The position numbers and the translations under genes are program-made. From Nitrospirales bacterium (GTDB lineage: Bacteria; Nitrospirota; Nitrospiria; Nitrospirales; UBA8639), in contig CBDCWD010000004.1 in the NCBI GenBank assembly GCA_965223315.1, positions 875,759-939,758 on the forward strand: a stretch of 64,000 nucleotides of DNA, read 5' to 3'. Positions 35,666 through 45,774 of the stretch are shown here, one piece after another. Position 1 is the first letter of the stretch; each line of letters opens with the position of its first letter. The notes under the pieces are model-generated. The model made no database searches and was not told where the DNA came from. It was given only the letters and a program-made list of their open reading frames with translations.

Positions 35666-36463
35666 TCAACCGCCGTCTTTAGGATTATCGGCCGGAGGCT
35701 GGGGGTCCTTAAGCGTTTCTGTGGTTTCACGTAGGACGTCTTCCAGATGTTTGCGAAGGCCAGCTAAGTCTTTTGACCGGAACGCACTCTTGGTCTTTTG
35801 GAGGATTTGAATGGTGTGATAGACCGATTCGCGCAGCCGGAAATAATCGGTCATCGATGGAGAGGAATCCTTGGGAAGGGATGTCTGCAGGAGGTGTTGT
35901 TGGGGGCCTACGCTTTCTGAAAGATTTGTTGTGCGCATTGCTTGGGTGGGAAGAGAAGAGTCAGACAACATCGATGGGGTACATTCTGGATCCAGTGGCA
36001 GTTGCAAGGTGCTTAGCGTCTCTTCCAGACGAGCGAGCCTCTGACTCCGCTGTTCGGCATCATACCGGGCTTGGCGGAGGGAGGTGAGTGTCTTGCGATG
36101 ATGGAGTCCTCGTTTGACCGCCTCCAGCAATACCTGAAAATCGACGGGTTTGATCATATACTCCAGAACATTCAAGTGCACCGATTCGACAGCGGTAGGG
36201 ACGGATGGATAGCCGGTAATGACAATGACAGGCAGTATCCTGGCCTGTTCTCGTAATGCCTGAACTTTCTTCATGACATGGTTGCCTGGCATGTTCAGGT
36301 CGGTGATAAGCAGGTCAAACTCAGAGCGCTTCAGAGCTTGTGAGAGTTGGTGGGCATCACCCACGCCGTGACATTCATATCCCTCTTCTTCCAACAGGTC
36401 CTTTGTGGCCTCCAAGAAGGTGTCTTCATCATCGGCGATCAGAATGGTTCCTTGAGCAGTCAT
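35666..36463 (-). CDS. Response regulator (REC plus uncharacterised C-terminal region)
   Basis: ILIADDE, LLITDLNMP and YMIKP REC motifs. Confidence 0.88.
   Translation of the reverse strand: MTAQGTILIADDEDTFLEATKDLLEEEGYECHGVGDAHQLSQALKRSEFDLLITDLNMPGNHVMKKVQALREQARILPVIVITGYPSVPTAVESVHLNVLEYMIKPVDFQVLLEAVKRGLHHRKTLTSLRQARYDAEQRSQRLARLEETLSTLQLPLDPECTPSMLSDSSLPTQAMRTTNLSESVGPQQHLLQTSLPKDSSPSMTDYFRLRESVYHTIQILQKTKSAFRSKDLAGLRKHLEDVLRETTETLKDPQPPADNPKDGG
35685..35712 (-). promoter_or_regulatory. Sigma28-type promoter candidate for the STAS gene
   Basis: Minus strand TTAAG-N15-GCCGATAA (perfect -10 box), inside the 3' end of the upstream gene. Confidence 0.65.
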
Positions 36464-38553
36464 GCAGGCGATCCTCCGTTTTCACTCGTTCCGGGTAGAG
36501 TAATGGTAAACCGAGAGCCCTGCCCGAGTGTGCTCGAGAAGTCGAGTGTTCCACCCATGGCCGCGACCAGGCTATGGCTAATAGACAAGCCTAGTCCCAT
36601 ACCACCATCTGTCTGCCCTTGCTTCGTTGAAAAGAATGGTTCAAAGATATGCGACGCGATGTCTGGCGAGATGCCCTGGCCATGGTCAATGACATGGATC
36701 GTGATCGTATCGGATTCCGTATCGGTGATGACCTCAATAGTATCATGCGGCTGCGATGTGTCGATAGCGTTTTGGAGCAAGTTACAAAGTACTTGAATCA
36801 TTTCGTTTCTGGGTGCCCGGCACAATAAGGGATGCTGGATATTGGCCACGATTTCAACTCCGTGCTTTGAGGAAGGGCGTTGCATAATGTCAATGGCATT
36901 CTGAATGGGTATCCGAACATCGAGTGTCGACGGAACAGGACTGCTTGGGCGGTAAAGTTGATAGAGGCGTGCCGTAATCTGCGAAATGCGTTCGATGCAG
37001 TCCTCGACTTTGGCCATATACCGGTAGTGCGGATGTTTATGAGGAATGGCTCGCTTCAGAAGCACCAAAGATTGTGAAATGCTGGCAAGTGGATTATTAA
37101 TCTCATGTGCCACTCCGGCGGCTATTTGCGCTAATGCTGCCAATTTTTCGACCTGCATGCGCCGCTGTTCCAATTCTTGAATGCGCTGTGTGCGGTGCCG
37201 GATCGTCGCTTCCAATTCAACATTGTGCCTGCGGATGGTTTCCTGGGCTTCTTTTTCTGTGGAAATATCCTGAATGATTAAGGCGAGATAATCCGCCTCT
37301 CCAGAGGAATCTCTCACAAATTGGGCAGATAATTTTGCATAGAGAACTGTACGATCCTTTCGGATAAAGCGTGTTTCACACAAGACTCGTTCTATCGTTC
37401 CCGTGATGAGTTGTTGGAGGTGGTCGTGAATTGTCTGGCGGTCGTCTGAATGTATGAGGTCCGTCCATGATTGTTCCGCCAGTTCTTCTCGTGTATAGCC
37501 GAGCATGTCACAGAGGTAATCATTGACTTCTATCCATTGGTGTTGCGGAGAGGTGATAGCCATGCCGACCAGCCCGGCTTCAAAATAGGCGCGAAAACGT
37601 TTTTCACTGGCATAGAACGCCGCTTCTGCTTTCTTCATATCGGAAATATCAATGACGTTGGCCACACGGCAACGTACCTCGCCGCGAGGGTCTTTGATGT
37701 CGGAAATAGTGAGCAAGGCCGGGAATGTTGTCCCATCTTTACGGACATGAAGGGCTTCAAACGAATGAAGTCCATGTTCATGAATGAGACGAATATGTAG
37801 CGGGAGTTGTTTTTGAGATTCCGTGGCAAAAACTTGGGCAATCGACTTGCCTTGTAACTCTTCCACCGTGTATCCGTGCATGCGCGCGTATGCTTCATTG
37901 ACCATATCTAATGTTTGACTGTTGGCGCTTCCCACAGCCATGCCCCATTGGGTCTGGTGAAAAACGCTGGTCCATTGCTGGAGTTGAACCTGGGTTTTGT
38001 TCCAGTCGGTGATATCGTGGCCGGTACCAATGACCCCGGAAGGTTCTTGGGTTTCGTCGGGCGGGCGGTCAATGTTCCACAAGATATCGTGCCGTTGGCC
38101 CAATATGATTGTTGCCCAAATGACGCAGAGGGTCATTATTCGATTGACTATATGATCCCAGGACTCCTTCCCTTCCGGAAAAAGATAGAATCCTGCAATG
38201 GTCAATGCCGAGCAGCCTATAGCAGTCCATAGCGGGATGTGGGTTTGTCGGTGGCGAAGGCTGAGAAGGACAATAAGAACATAGGGGATCCCGCCGGCAA
38301 CTCCACGTGGAGCCATCAGGTCAATGATGAAGATAGTGCCAGCACTGACGATTAACAGCCAAGGATGTGACAGAGCCTGACTCTGGTGCAAGTCTTGGGA
38401 AGGGGGATTCACGGTGCCTGCCCATATGCTTGAGATGTGGGTAGCATTGTTTTGACGTGTTGGGAGAGAGAAGTGTAGCGAATTACATGATAACTGACAA
38501 AGGGGTCGTTGAAAAAATCCACCAGTGGCGTGCTGGCCATTTTCCCGTGTCAC
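36460..38553 (-). CDS. Membrane PAS-PAS sensor histidine kinase
   Basis: TM segments, two PAS/PAC domains, AHEINNPL and GGMGLGL. The start may be GTG 38412. Confidence 0.88.
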   Translation of the reverse strand: MTRENGQHATGGFFQRPLCQLSCNSLHFSLPTRQNNATHISSIWAGTVNPPSQDLHQSQALSHPWLLIVSAGTIFIIDLMAPRGVAGGIPYVLIVLLSLRHRQTHIPLWTAIGCSALTIAGFYLFPEGKESWDHIVNRIMTLCVIWATIILGQRHDILWNIDRPPDETQEPSGVIGTGHDITDWNKTQVQLQQWTSVFHQTQWGMAVGSANSQTLDMVNEAYARMHGYTVEELQGKSIAQVFATESQKQLPLHIRLIHEHGLHSFEALHVRKDGTTFPALLTISDIKDPRGEVRCRVANVIDISDMKKAEAAFYASEKRFRAYFEAGLVGMAITSPQHQWIEVNDYLCDMLGYTREELAEQSWTDLIHSDDRQTIHDHLQQLITGTIERVLCETRFIRKDRTVLYAKLSAQFVRDSSGEADYLALIIQDISTEKEAQETIRRHNVELEATIRHRTQRIQELEQRRMQVEKLAALAQIAAGVAHEINNPLASISQSLVLLKRAIPHKHPHYRYMAKVEDCIERISQITARLYQLYRPSSPVPSTLDVRIPIQNAIDIMQRPSSKHGVEIVANIQHPLLCRAPRNEMIQVLCNLLQNAIDTSQPHDTIEVITDTESDTITIHVIDHGQGISPDIASHIFEPFFSTKQGQTDGGMGLGLSISHSLVAAMGGTLDFSSTLGQGSRFTITLPGTSENGGSPA

Positions 38554-38582
38554 CGAATGGGAACGACAGATGTAAGGGAACG

Positions 38583-39692
38583 TTAGGCCAAGTAACTGGA
38601 TTCGACCAGATTGAATTGTGGTGAGTCAATGTCGGCGTGCGTTCGCTGAATCTCTATCATCATGGGCAGGAATTCGTCGAACATTTCAACTAATCGTGGA
38701 TCGAAATGTCTTCCCGAAAGAGATCGAATTTCTTCAAGCGTTTTTTCCAATGGCCAAGGTTCTTTGTAGCACCGTCGGGACGAGAGGGCATCAAAGACAT
38801 CGGCCACCGCGCAAATCCGTCCGACCAGTGGAATATCTTCTCCAGCCAGCCGGTTGGGATATCCTGAGCCATCCCATTTTTCATGATGAGTGAGGGCTAT
38901 CATCTCGGCCATTTTGAGGACCGGGGATTTACTGTTGGACAGGAGTTGGGCGCCGAGGACGGTATGTTGTTTCATGATTTCCCACTCGTCTGCATCAAGT
39001 TTGCCAGGTTTTAAGAGGATCCGGTCGGGAATGCCCAATTTCCCAACGTCATGCATGGGGGTGGCGTGGAATAGGGTGTCGCATTCTTCTTCTGTCATGC
39101 CGCAGGCACGTCCGAGGACCGTGGCATAGTGACTCATGCGGATGATATGGCTGCCGGTTTCATTGTCCCGATGTTCGGCTGCCCGGGCCAAGCGATGCAC
39201 GATTTCCAATTGGGTTTCCTTCAGCTCTTGCGTGCGTTCCCGAACCGTTTCTTCCAACGTTTCTTTTTGTAGAGAGATGGCTTTATTCAATAGGCTGGTT
39301 TCTAAGAGATTACGAATGCGCATGAGCACTTCGGTTTTGTCGAACGGTTTATGGAGAAAATCTTTCGCTCCGGATTCCAACGCTCGTAGCCGGGTTTCCC
39401 TGTCCTCCTCGGACGTTAAAACCAAAATCGGCAGAAAGGTATCGTGTTGGATAATCTTTAATTGTCCCATGACCTGAAAGCCATTAATCTCCGGCATGCG
39501 GATATCTAAACAAATCAGATCTGGGTGGAGTTCTTTCACGAGCGTCAGGACCTGTGTGGGGTCCTGCGTGGAATGAATATGCGTATAGCCGGCATTCTGT
39601 AGAATGCTCTCCAGAAGTAAAATGTTGGTCATCTGATCGTCCACGATAAGAATCGTGGCATTTTGACAATGTTGTTGGGAAATCATGGCCAT
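38583..39692 (-). CDS. RpfG-like response regulator (REC plus HD-GYP phosphodiesterase)
   Basis: REC domain; MHDVGK and HHEKWDGSGYP intact; AVADVFDAL. Confidence 0.93.
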   Translation of the reverse strand: MAMISQQHCQNATILIVDDQMTNILLLESILQNAGYTHIHSTQDPTQVLTLVKELHPDLICLDIRMPEINGFQVMGQLKIIQHDTFLPILVLTSEEDRETRLRALESGAKDFLHKPFDKTEVLMRIRNLLETSLLNKAISLQKETLEETVRERTQELKETQLEIVHRLARAAEHRDNETGSHIIRMSHYATVLGRACGMTEEECDTLFHATPMHDVGKLGIPDRILLKPGKLDADEWEIMKQHTVLGAQLLSNSKSPVLKMAEMIALTHHEKWDGSGYPNRLAGEDIPLVGRICAVADVFDALSSRRCYKEPWPLEKTLEEIRSLSGRHFDPRLVEMFDEFLPMMIEIQRTHADIDSPQFNLVESSYLA

Positions 39693-39819
39693 AGAAAGGT
39701 CTTACTGTTCAGTATGGTTCGTTGGGGTCTCTTGTTTACGTTTTCAATGCGTTCATGGAACGATTTCGTCGCAGAAACAGGACGTGAGGAGCGTATGAAT
39801 ATTTATGTATCCTGTTTCA

Positions 39820-39846
39820 TTTTCGGATGACCTGTTAGAAACTTGA
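39820..39846 (-). promoter_or_regulatory. Sigma28-type promoter candidate for the RpfG-like operon
   Basis: Minus strand TCAAGTTT-N11-TCCGAAAA (compare TAAAGTTT-N11-GCCGATAA). Confidence 0.65.
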
Positions 39847-39877
39847 CCCCAAAGGGAACAGGAGCCGCTCGGAACAA

Positions 39878-42800
39878 TCAGGTTTGAGAAGGGGGAACGT
39901 CTGCGAGAAACGTCTCGATGTCAGTGACGGCGGTTCGCAGCGACTCCATGGTACGTCCACTGTCCACATCCTTGCCTTGGCGGCCAATCTGTTCGAGGTC
40001 GAACGCGATCTGTCGAAGTTGGCTGGCGCCAATATTCGCGCAAATCCCTTTGAGCCCGTGGGCCGCATCGGCAAGCGAGTCAGTATTGTTCGCATCCAGA
40101 GCCTCCTCGATGGCACTGATACAGGCATGCACATCTTTCACAAATTGTTGGATCATGTGTGTAGCAAATTCAGGCCCTCCCAGCTCTTGCCATTCCTGAA
40201 GTCTGGCAAGATCCACTGGAATGAGTGCATCGTCCTCTGAAGTTTCCTGACTATGTGATGAGGCGCTAGGTGTTGGTGTGATGATATCTGGGGTCGAGCC
40301 GGGGAATGGATCTTGTTGACTTGGAGGAGGGTCAGCCATGGGACTTTCCTCTTCACAGATAGGGTACCAGCGTTCCAATGCCGACGCTAATTCTTCCTGG
40401 CGAATGGGTTTTGTCATATAGTCATCCATCCCAGCGGCCAAACATTTTTCTCTGTCGCCTGCCATGGCGTTGGCCGTTAAGGCGATGATGGGAATCCGGC
40501 CAATATCCAGCGTATGAGATAGAAGCTCGGAGGGAGACGGCGGGTTTGTCTCTGTGACTGTTGAAGCCGTGCTGTCTTGTTGTTGGTCTTCCTCCTGGCG
40601 GATGATTCTTGTGGCTTCAAAGCCATCCATTTCCGGCATTTGGCAGTCCATGAATATGAGGGCGTACGATCCTGTGCGAACGGCATGAATGGCTTCTTTG
40701 CCATTGTTGACGACTTCCGTAGGATATCCAAAACGTTCCAGCAACAGGACCATGAGTTGCTGGTTGACAGCATGGTCGTCGGCGATAAGAATTTTCTTTC
40801 GGGATTGCCGTTGGGCCTCTTTGACGGTATGCCGGGTCACAAGAGGCCTGCTCGTGATGAAATGTGTTGAAGGGGAAAATCCCATGACCGTCGCAATGGT
40901 ATTGTGAAGATCAACTTTATGAATAGGTTTGGTAAGATAGGCGTTAAAGCCAGCCTCTTCCGCGTCCAGGGCCTCCCCGCGTTGGGCCACCGATGTCAAT
41001 AACATGAGTTTCGTTTCTGCGAGATGCGGGTTTTGCCTGCAGCGCAAACCAAAATGCATTCCGTCCTGTTCAGGAAAGTTGCGGTCGATGATCGCGAGAT
41101 CAAACGCGTGGTTGTTCTTGGCCGCGTCGAGTAAAGCTGAATATCCCGTTTCGGGGTCGGTGGTCGTAAATGCCTGCATCCCCCACGCGTCAGCAAAGCT
41201 TTTAATGACGAAAAGATTAGTGGGGTTGTCATCGATACAGCATAATCGTAACCCTTGCAAATCTTTTCGTGGAATCCATTCCTGTTGAGGGTGGCTTTTT
41301 GGCTTTTGTAATCGAACGGAAAACCAAAACAAGGTCCATTCATGCTGTTGGCTTTCGACACCAACTTCACCTCCCATGAGATCAACCAGTTGTTGACAGA
41401 TGGCCAAGCCTAGCCCGGTGCCACCAAATTTACGTGTGGTGGAACTGTCAGCCTGACTGAACGCGTGAAATAACTTACTTTTGGCTTCCGGGGCAATGCC
41501 GATTCCGGTATCCCAAATATGGAAACGTAGCTCAAAGTCTGTTTCGTGTTCTTCGCCGAGCAGTACTTGGACGCTCACTTCTCCCTTGTTTGTGAACTTG
41601 ATCGCATTGCCCAGTAAATTCAAGAGGATTTGCCGCAGTCGTCCAGGGTCTCCTCGCAAAAACGTTGGGACATCCGGAAAAATAATTCCAGTCAGTTCAA
41701 GATTCTTTTTCGCTGCCCGTTCGGAAAGGAGATCTAAGCTGGCTTCAACCGTGGCCCCCAAATCAAAGTCGATAATTTCCAATTCAAGTTTTCCGGCCTC
41801 GATCTTTGAAAAGTCGAGAATGTCATTGAGCAAAGTAAGAAGAGCTTCGGCGGAACCCTGAACGGTCGTGGCTAAAGACAATTGATTAGGGGTCAAGTCT
41901 GTTCCTATGAGGAGGTCGGTCATTCCTAAAATTCCATTCATGGGCGTACGGATTTCATGGCTCATCGTGGCCAAAAATTCCGCCTTCGTGCGAGCAGCTT
42001 GAAGTGCGGCATCACGGGATTGAGCCAACTCCTCGTTTTTTGTTTTGAGGTCATTGGCCATATCTTGAACTTGCTTGGCAATGCGTTCCCGTTTGACGAT
42101 CTCATCCTGCAGGCGTACGTTGGTGTCCAGTAATTCAGCGGTCCGTTCGGCGACCATGTCGGATAAATGAGAGCGATGTTGATTGAGTTCGCTATTTTGC
42201 CCTTCGATTTCTTGCAACATGGTGTTAAATCCCTCAAAGAGCGTTCCGATTTCGTCGGGCGCATGGGCGGGCGCCCGCAAGGAATAATCTTTATTCCGTG
42301 AAATGCGGCCGGCCACTTCGGTCAGGCTAACGAGTGGTCCCAGGATAACTTTCTGGAGTCGTGAGGAAATGATGAGAGAGAACAGACTCGACACAATCAT
42401 GGCGACCACGGTCACCAGGAGTAAATCTTTCAAATGTTGTTTAACGGTGTCCAGGTTGGAATGGAGATAAATGAAGCCAATGTGTTCATTGTTGAACATG
42501 ATGGGGCGGATGATTTCTGCTGATGTCCATGTGACCTCAGTCTTGAGCTGCCGTAGAGATTGGTCTACCTTTGGAGACTCTCCCGCGCGAAATTGCGCAA
42601 GGGCCTCGCCCGAGGCGGTATACAGGACTGCTTGAAGAATGGTGGGCTGATGTTGGAAGGCTTCAAGAATTTCTCGCGCGCCTTTGGAATCCTCAAACAT
42701 CAAAGCCGCTGAGCTGTTTTCACCCACTAAACCCGCCTGATCTGTCAGATCTTTAATCAGAGAATCCCGAATTTGCAAAACATCATTGATCACCAACACC

Positions 42801-42907
42801 GAACAGGCAAAAAGAAGGCTCAGGCCCGAGGTGAGGAGTAAAATCAAGAAAAACTTTTTCTTGAGTGAGATGCGTTGAAAGATTCGAGAAATTGGAAATC
42901 GTGCCAT
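39878..42907 (-). CDS. Hybrid histidine kinase (periplasmic YfiN-like sensor-HAMP-HisKA-HATPase-REC-REC-Hpt)
   Basis: Two TMs, HAMP (DEIGTL), [18 protein letters not shown], two REC domains, Hpt AHGLKG. Confidence 0.92.
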   Translation of the reverse strand: MARFPISRIFQRISLKKKFFLILLLTSGLSLLFACSVLVINDVLQIRDSLIKDLTDQAGLVGENSSAALMFEDSKGAREILEAFQHQPTILQAVLYTASGEALAQFRAGESPKVDQSLRQLKTEVTWTSAEIIRPIMFNNEHIGFIYLHSNLDTVKQHLKDLLLVTVVAMIVSSLFSLIISSRLQKVILGPLVSLTEVAGRISRNKDYSLRAPAHAPDEIGTLFEGFNTMLQEIEGQNSELNQHRSHLSDMVAERTAELLDTNVRLQDEIVKRERIAKQVQDMANDLKTKNEELAQSRDAALQAARTKAEFLATMSHEIRTPMNGILGMTDLLIGTDLTPNQLSLATTVQGSAEALLTLLNDILDFSKIEAGKLELEIIDFDLGATVEASLDLLSERAAKKNLELTGIIFPDVPTFLRGDPGRLRQILLNLLGNAIKFTNKGEVSVQVLLGEEHETDFELRFHIWDTGIGIAPEAKSKLFHAFSQADSSTTRKFGGTGLGLAICQQLVDLMGGEVGVESQQHEWTLFWFSVRLQKPKSHPQQEWIPRKDLQGLRLCCIDDNPTNLFVIKSFADAWGMQAFTTTDPETGYSALLDAAKNNHAFDLAIIDRNFPEQDGMHFGLRCRQNPHLAETKLMLLTSVAQRGEALDAEEAGFNAYLTKPIHKVDLHNTIATVMGFSPSTHFITSRPLVTRHTVKEAQRQSRKKILIADDHAVNQQLMVLLLERFGYPTEVVNNGKEAIHAVRTGSYALIFMDCQMPEMDGFEATRIIRQEEDQQQDSTASTVTETNPPSPSELLSHTLDIGRIPIIALTANAMAGDREKCLAAGMDDYMTKPIRQEELASALERWYPICEEESPMADPPPSQQDPFPGSTPDIITPTPSASSHSQETSEDDALIPVDLARLQEWQELGGPEFATHMIQQFVKDVHACISAIEEALDANNTDSLADAAHGLKGICANIGASQLRQIAFDLEQIGRQGKDVDSGRTMESLRTAVTDIETFLADVPPSQT

Positions 42908-42912
42908 AGGTA

Positions 42913-43461
42913 TTACGGGGAGATAATTTTTGCCAGCCTGAGCAACTTCGAACTCACTTTTAAGTTGGTTTGGTTGATCACATCGGGGTTGACCGCAAAC
43001 CTCACTTTCTGATCTTGAAGAAAGAATTGAACCATGCCACCTTTCTTCATAAACTCGGAGCTCTCTCCAACAGTCAGTACCTCTCCTTTCGAAATCTCCC
43101 GGCGGAATCTGTCAAATTTTCCGGTTTCAGTCTGAGGGAGATACAGGATATGACAATGTGGGAGCTGGGATTTTGGAGGATTCTCTTGAATGTTAAACGC
43201 ACGGTCTCCGACGGTTTTCTCCGCCAATGAGGCTGATAGTATTTCCCCAAAAGTGTTTTTTCCGAGAAGACAGATACGGAGGGCACCGTCAGTCGCTTGG
43301 AATGTCGACTCGGGCCAATCCACAAAATTAGCAAAGTGATACAAGAAGGCCGCTTTGACCTGATATTCCACGGTCGTCCCAGCATGGCTATTGCCGGGAC
43401 TTCCCGTCAGGCTAGCCAGCATGAGCATGATCAGGAACCCGAGTCGTGTGAGCGGGGACAT
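42913..43461 (-). CDS. yfiR: YfiR-family periplasmic protein (DUF4154)
   Basis: EYQVKAAFLYHFANFVDWP and LKVSSKLLRLA signatures. Start set to ATG 43461 to avoid overlap with the receptor gene. Confidence 0.92.
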   Translation of the reverse strand: MSPLTRLGFLIMLMLASLTGSPGNSHAGTTVEYQVKAAFLYHFANFVDWPESTFQATDGALRICLLGKNTFGEILSASLAEKTVGDRAFNIQENPPKSQLPHCHILYLPQTETGKFDRFRREISKGEVLTVGESSEFMKKGGMVQFFLQDQKVRFAVNPDVINQTNLKVSSKLLRLAKIISP

Positions 43462-43478
43462 ATTCAAACCCTGAGTCG

Positions 43479-45482
43479 TTAGTAGTTCCAAGTAATTTTT
43501 CCGTAAAAACTACGTTGGACTTCCGTGGGCTGAGTTGCTAATAACGGGGACGAGCCGGCTTCCGGATGATGGTTATCTAAGAGATTTTGCCCAACTAGTG
43601 AAAGGTCAAGGTTTGGCCAGGGTTTCCACCCCAGCCTGAGATCGAGTTCCACATAACCAGGAATATTCTGAGCCTCGACGTTATCAATGACCCGAATCCA
43701 GGAATCAAATTCCACGTGATAGGGAAGTGTGATGAACGAGCGAAGAGAGCCTTGGTGATGGGGAGTATTGCTCCCGACTGTGCTGAGGCCCCTATTAATA
43801 GGCCCGTCCACATCCATGTTGATATACGAATAGGCCCCACGTATGCGCCACCATTCCTGTACTTGGACATCACTGGCGATTTCCAGGCCAATAGTGTCGA
43901 CTGTTAAGTTATTCGCCAGCGTGCCTGTCGGAGGAAGAAGACTGACGGTTTCAGTGCCACGGATGTTATCGTATTGGTTATAAAATCCCGTGATGTCCAA
44001 GGAGAAATGTTCGAACGTATTCAACCGATAGCCAACCTCAAAGGCTAAAAGTTCTTCAGATTCAAATTCCTGATTTCCTCGCAAGCGAATAGGAAATGGT
44101 GTTGTTGCATTCGGGGCGAATGTCAGGCGGCTGTTATCTTCCAGCCGGGATGGAACACGAACGGCACGGGAGACGGCTCCCCACAGATTGTGTCCTTCTG
44201 TCGGTATCCAGAGGAAACGTCCGCTGGGTTGATATTCAAAACCCGTAAAACCGTTATGCGAAAGCTTTGTGCCAATGGTGATAGTCAACGTCTCAGGGAT
44301 CAGCGTGATTTCGTTCTGCAGAAATCCACTGATCAAATTGAACGAACGAGACTCGGGAAACACGGCGGCCCCTGGCATATTTTGTAGGTCATCCATCCAA
44401 TAACGATATTCCAGTCCCCACAGGAGTTCTTGGTGAGCAAACAGCCCAAATCGATGTTGGAAATCTACGTCGAAAGAATCTATCGTCGCATGTATGGTGT
44501 TTTCCTTGCGTTCGACCCGGTCATAGAAAAATTGCAGGGCCATGTCAGATTCTGAACTGAAACGATGTTCCCACCGAGTGAGAAAATGCCCGCCTGATAT
44601 CTGGAGATCTTCATCTCCAGTTGTGAACCCATAGGGGAACGTGGGTCTCGTGGCTACCGTGCTACGCTGGCCCCCGTCCATGGTATAGAGCTCACCTTGT
44701 ACCATCACCTGGTCTTGCTTCCCGAGTTCCCAGTCGGTTCGAAACCCACTGCGGAACATGCGAGAGTCATCATGCGCTCCCATGGGATTAAAACTCGTGT
44801 CCCGGTTAAGGTATTTTCCAAAAATACGATAGTGGAAATCCGAACCATGACTCCCACCTTGCCGGAGTGACACAATGCCTTCTTCCGTTCCACCGACTCC
44901 ACTGACTAAGAGTCCATGAGTCTCTTGGGATTGTTTGGTGATAATATTGATGACGCCGTTCACGGCATTGACGCCCCAGAGCGCCCCACCTGGGCCACGG
45001 ATGACTTCAATGCGCTCGATATCTTCCAACAGGGTGTCTTGTGTTTCCCACGTCACTCCAGCAAACAGTGGGTTGTAAATGGTTCGGCCATCAATGAGGA
45101 CGAGGAGTTTGTTGGTAAAGCGTTCATTGAACCCTCTGGCACTAATATTCCATTCATTTTTACTGCCTCGCGAGACTTGAATGCCGGGAACCATCCGAAG
45201 CGCTTCGGGAATGCTCGTGACACCTGAGCGGCGAAGATCTTCCTGCGTAATCACAAAGATTGCGGCTGCCGATTTAGAGAGCTTTTGTTTCTTCTTTGAG
45301 ACAGATGTGACTTCGACAGACATCAGCTCTTCAAGGCTCAGTTGGGTGAGATCGACATTGGTTAAGGGTGCAGACGACTGTCCTGCAGCGGTGGCTCCCA
45401 TTCCGAAAAGCCAGAATGCCAGAGCTACCCCTAAAGTTGAAACATTCTGAAAGAACCGGAGTTTTCTCAAAACATCTACCAT
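43479..45482 (-). CDS. TonB-dependent outer-membrane receptor
   Basis: Signal peptide, plug motifs (EALRMVPGI, LVLIDGR, IERIEVIRGPG) and C-terminal ITWNY. Start set to ATG 45482. Confidence 0.92.
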   Translation of the reverse strand: MVDVLRKLRFFQNVSTLGVALAFWLFGMGATAAGQSSAPLTNVDLTQLSLEELMSVEVTSVSKKKQKLSKSAAAIFVITQEDLRRSGVTSIPEALRMVPGIQVSRGSKNEWNISARGFNERFTNKLLVLIDGRTIYNPLFAGVTWETQDTLLEDIERIEVIRGPGGALWGVNAVNGVINIITKQSQETHGLLVSGVGGTEEGIVSLRQGGSHGSDFHYRIFGKYLNRDTSFNPMGAHDDSRMFRSGFRTDWELGKQDQVMVQGELYTMDGGQRSTVATRPTFPYGFTTGDEDLQISGGHFLTRWEHRFSSESDMALQFFYDRVERKENTIHATIDSFDVDFQHRFGLFAHQELLWGLEYRYWMDDLQNMPGAAVFPESRSFNLISGFLQNEITLIPETLTITIGTKLSHNGFTGFEYQPSGRFLWIPTEGHNLWGAVSRAVRVPSRLEDNSRLTFAPNATTPFPIRLRGNQEFESEELLAFEVGYRLNTFEHFSLDITGFYNQYDNIRGTETVSLLPPTGTLANNLTVDTIGLEIASDVQVQEWWRIRGAYSYINMDVDGPINRGLSTVGSNTPHHQGSLRSFITLPYHVEFDSWIRVIDNVEAQNIPGYVELDLRLGWKPWPNLDLSLVGQNLLDNHHPEAGSSPLLATQPTEVQRSFYGKITWNY

Positions 45483-45597
45483 GGAATCTTCCCTCTTAAA
45501 GTTGCCCAATACATCGCTGAACCTTTTTTTGTTTCCCAAAGTACTCTTCAGAGAAGACTTATGAAGGAGAATATAGTCCTAGGTTTTCCTTATCTTT

Positions 45598-45625
45598 TTG
45601 TCGGTTATTGGAAGTTGAGACTTAA
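45598..45625 (-). promoter_or_regulatory. Sigma28-type promoter candidate for the receptor-yfiR-kinase operon
   Basis: Minus strand TTAAG-N15-ACCGACAA. Confidence 0.55.
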
Positions 45626-45774
45626 TGTTAGGGAAAGTCGAAATGACTATATGTTGTTGGGAGGAGCGTGAAGGGAATTGGTATTGGGGAGAGGAGATAG
45701 GTGAGGGGGTAGAGTCAGATGGATTGAGAGACGTCAACATGCGGAACGTAATTGGAATGAACTGCTTGGGAAAG

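Noticed and set aside
39693-39819. c-di-GMP riboswitch in the leader of the RpfG-like gene
   Set aside because: No GEMM-type GGCAAAC/GNRA-receptor pattern visible.
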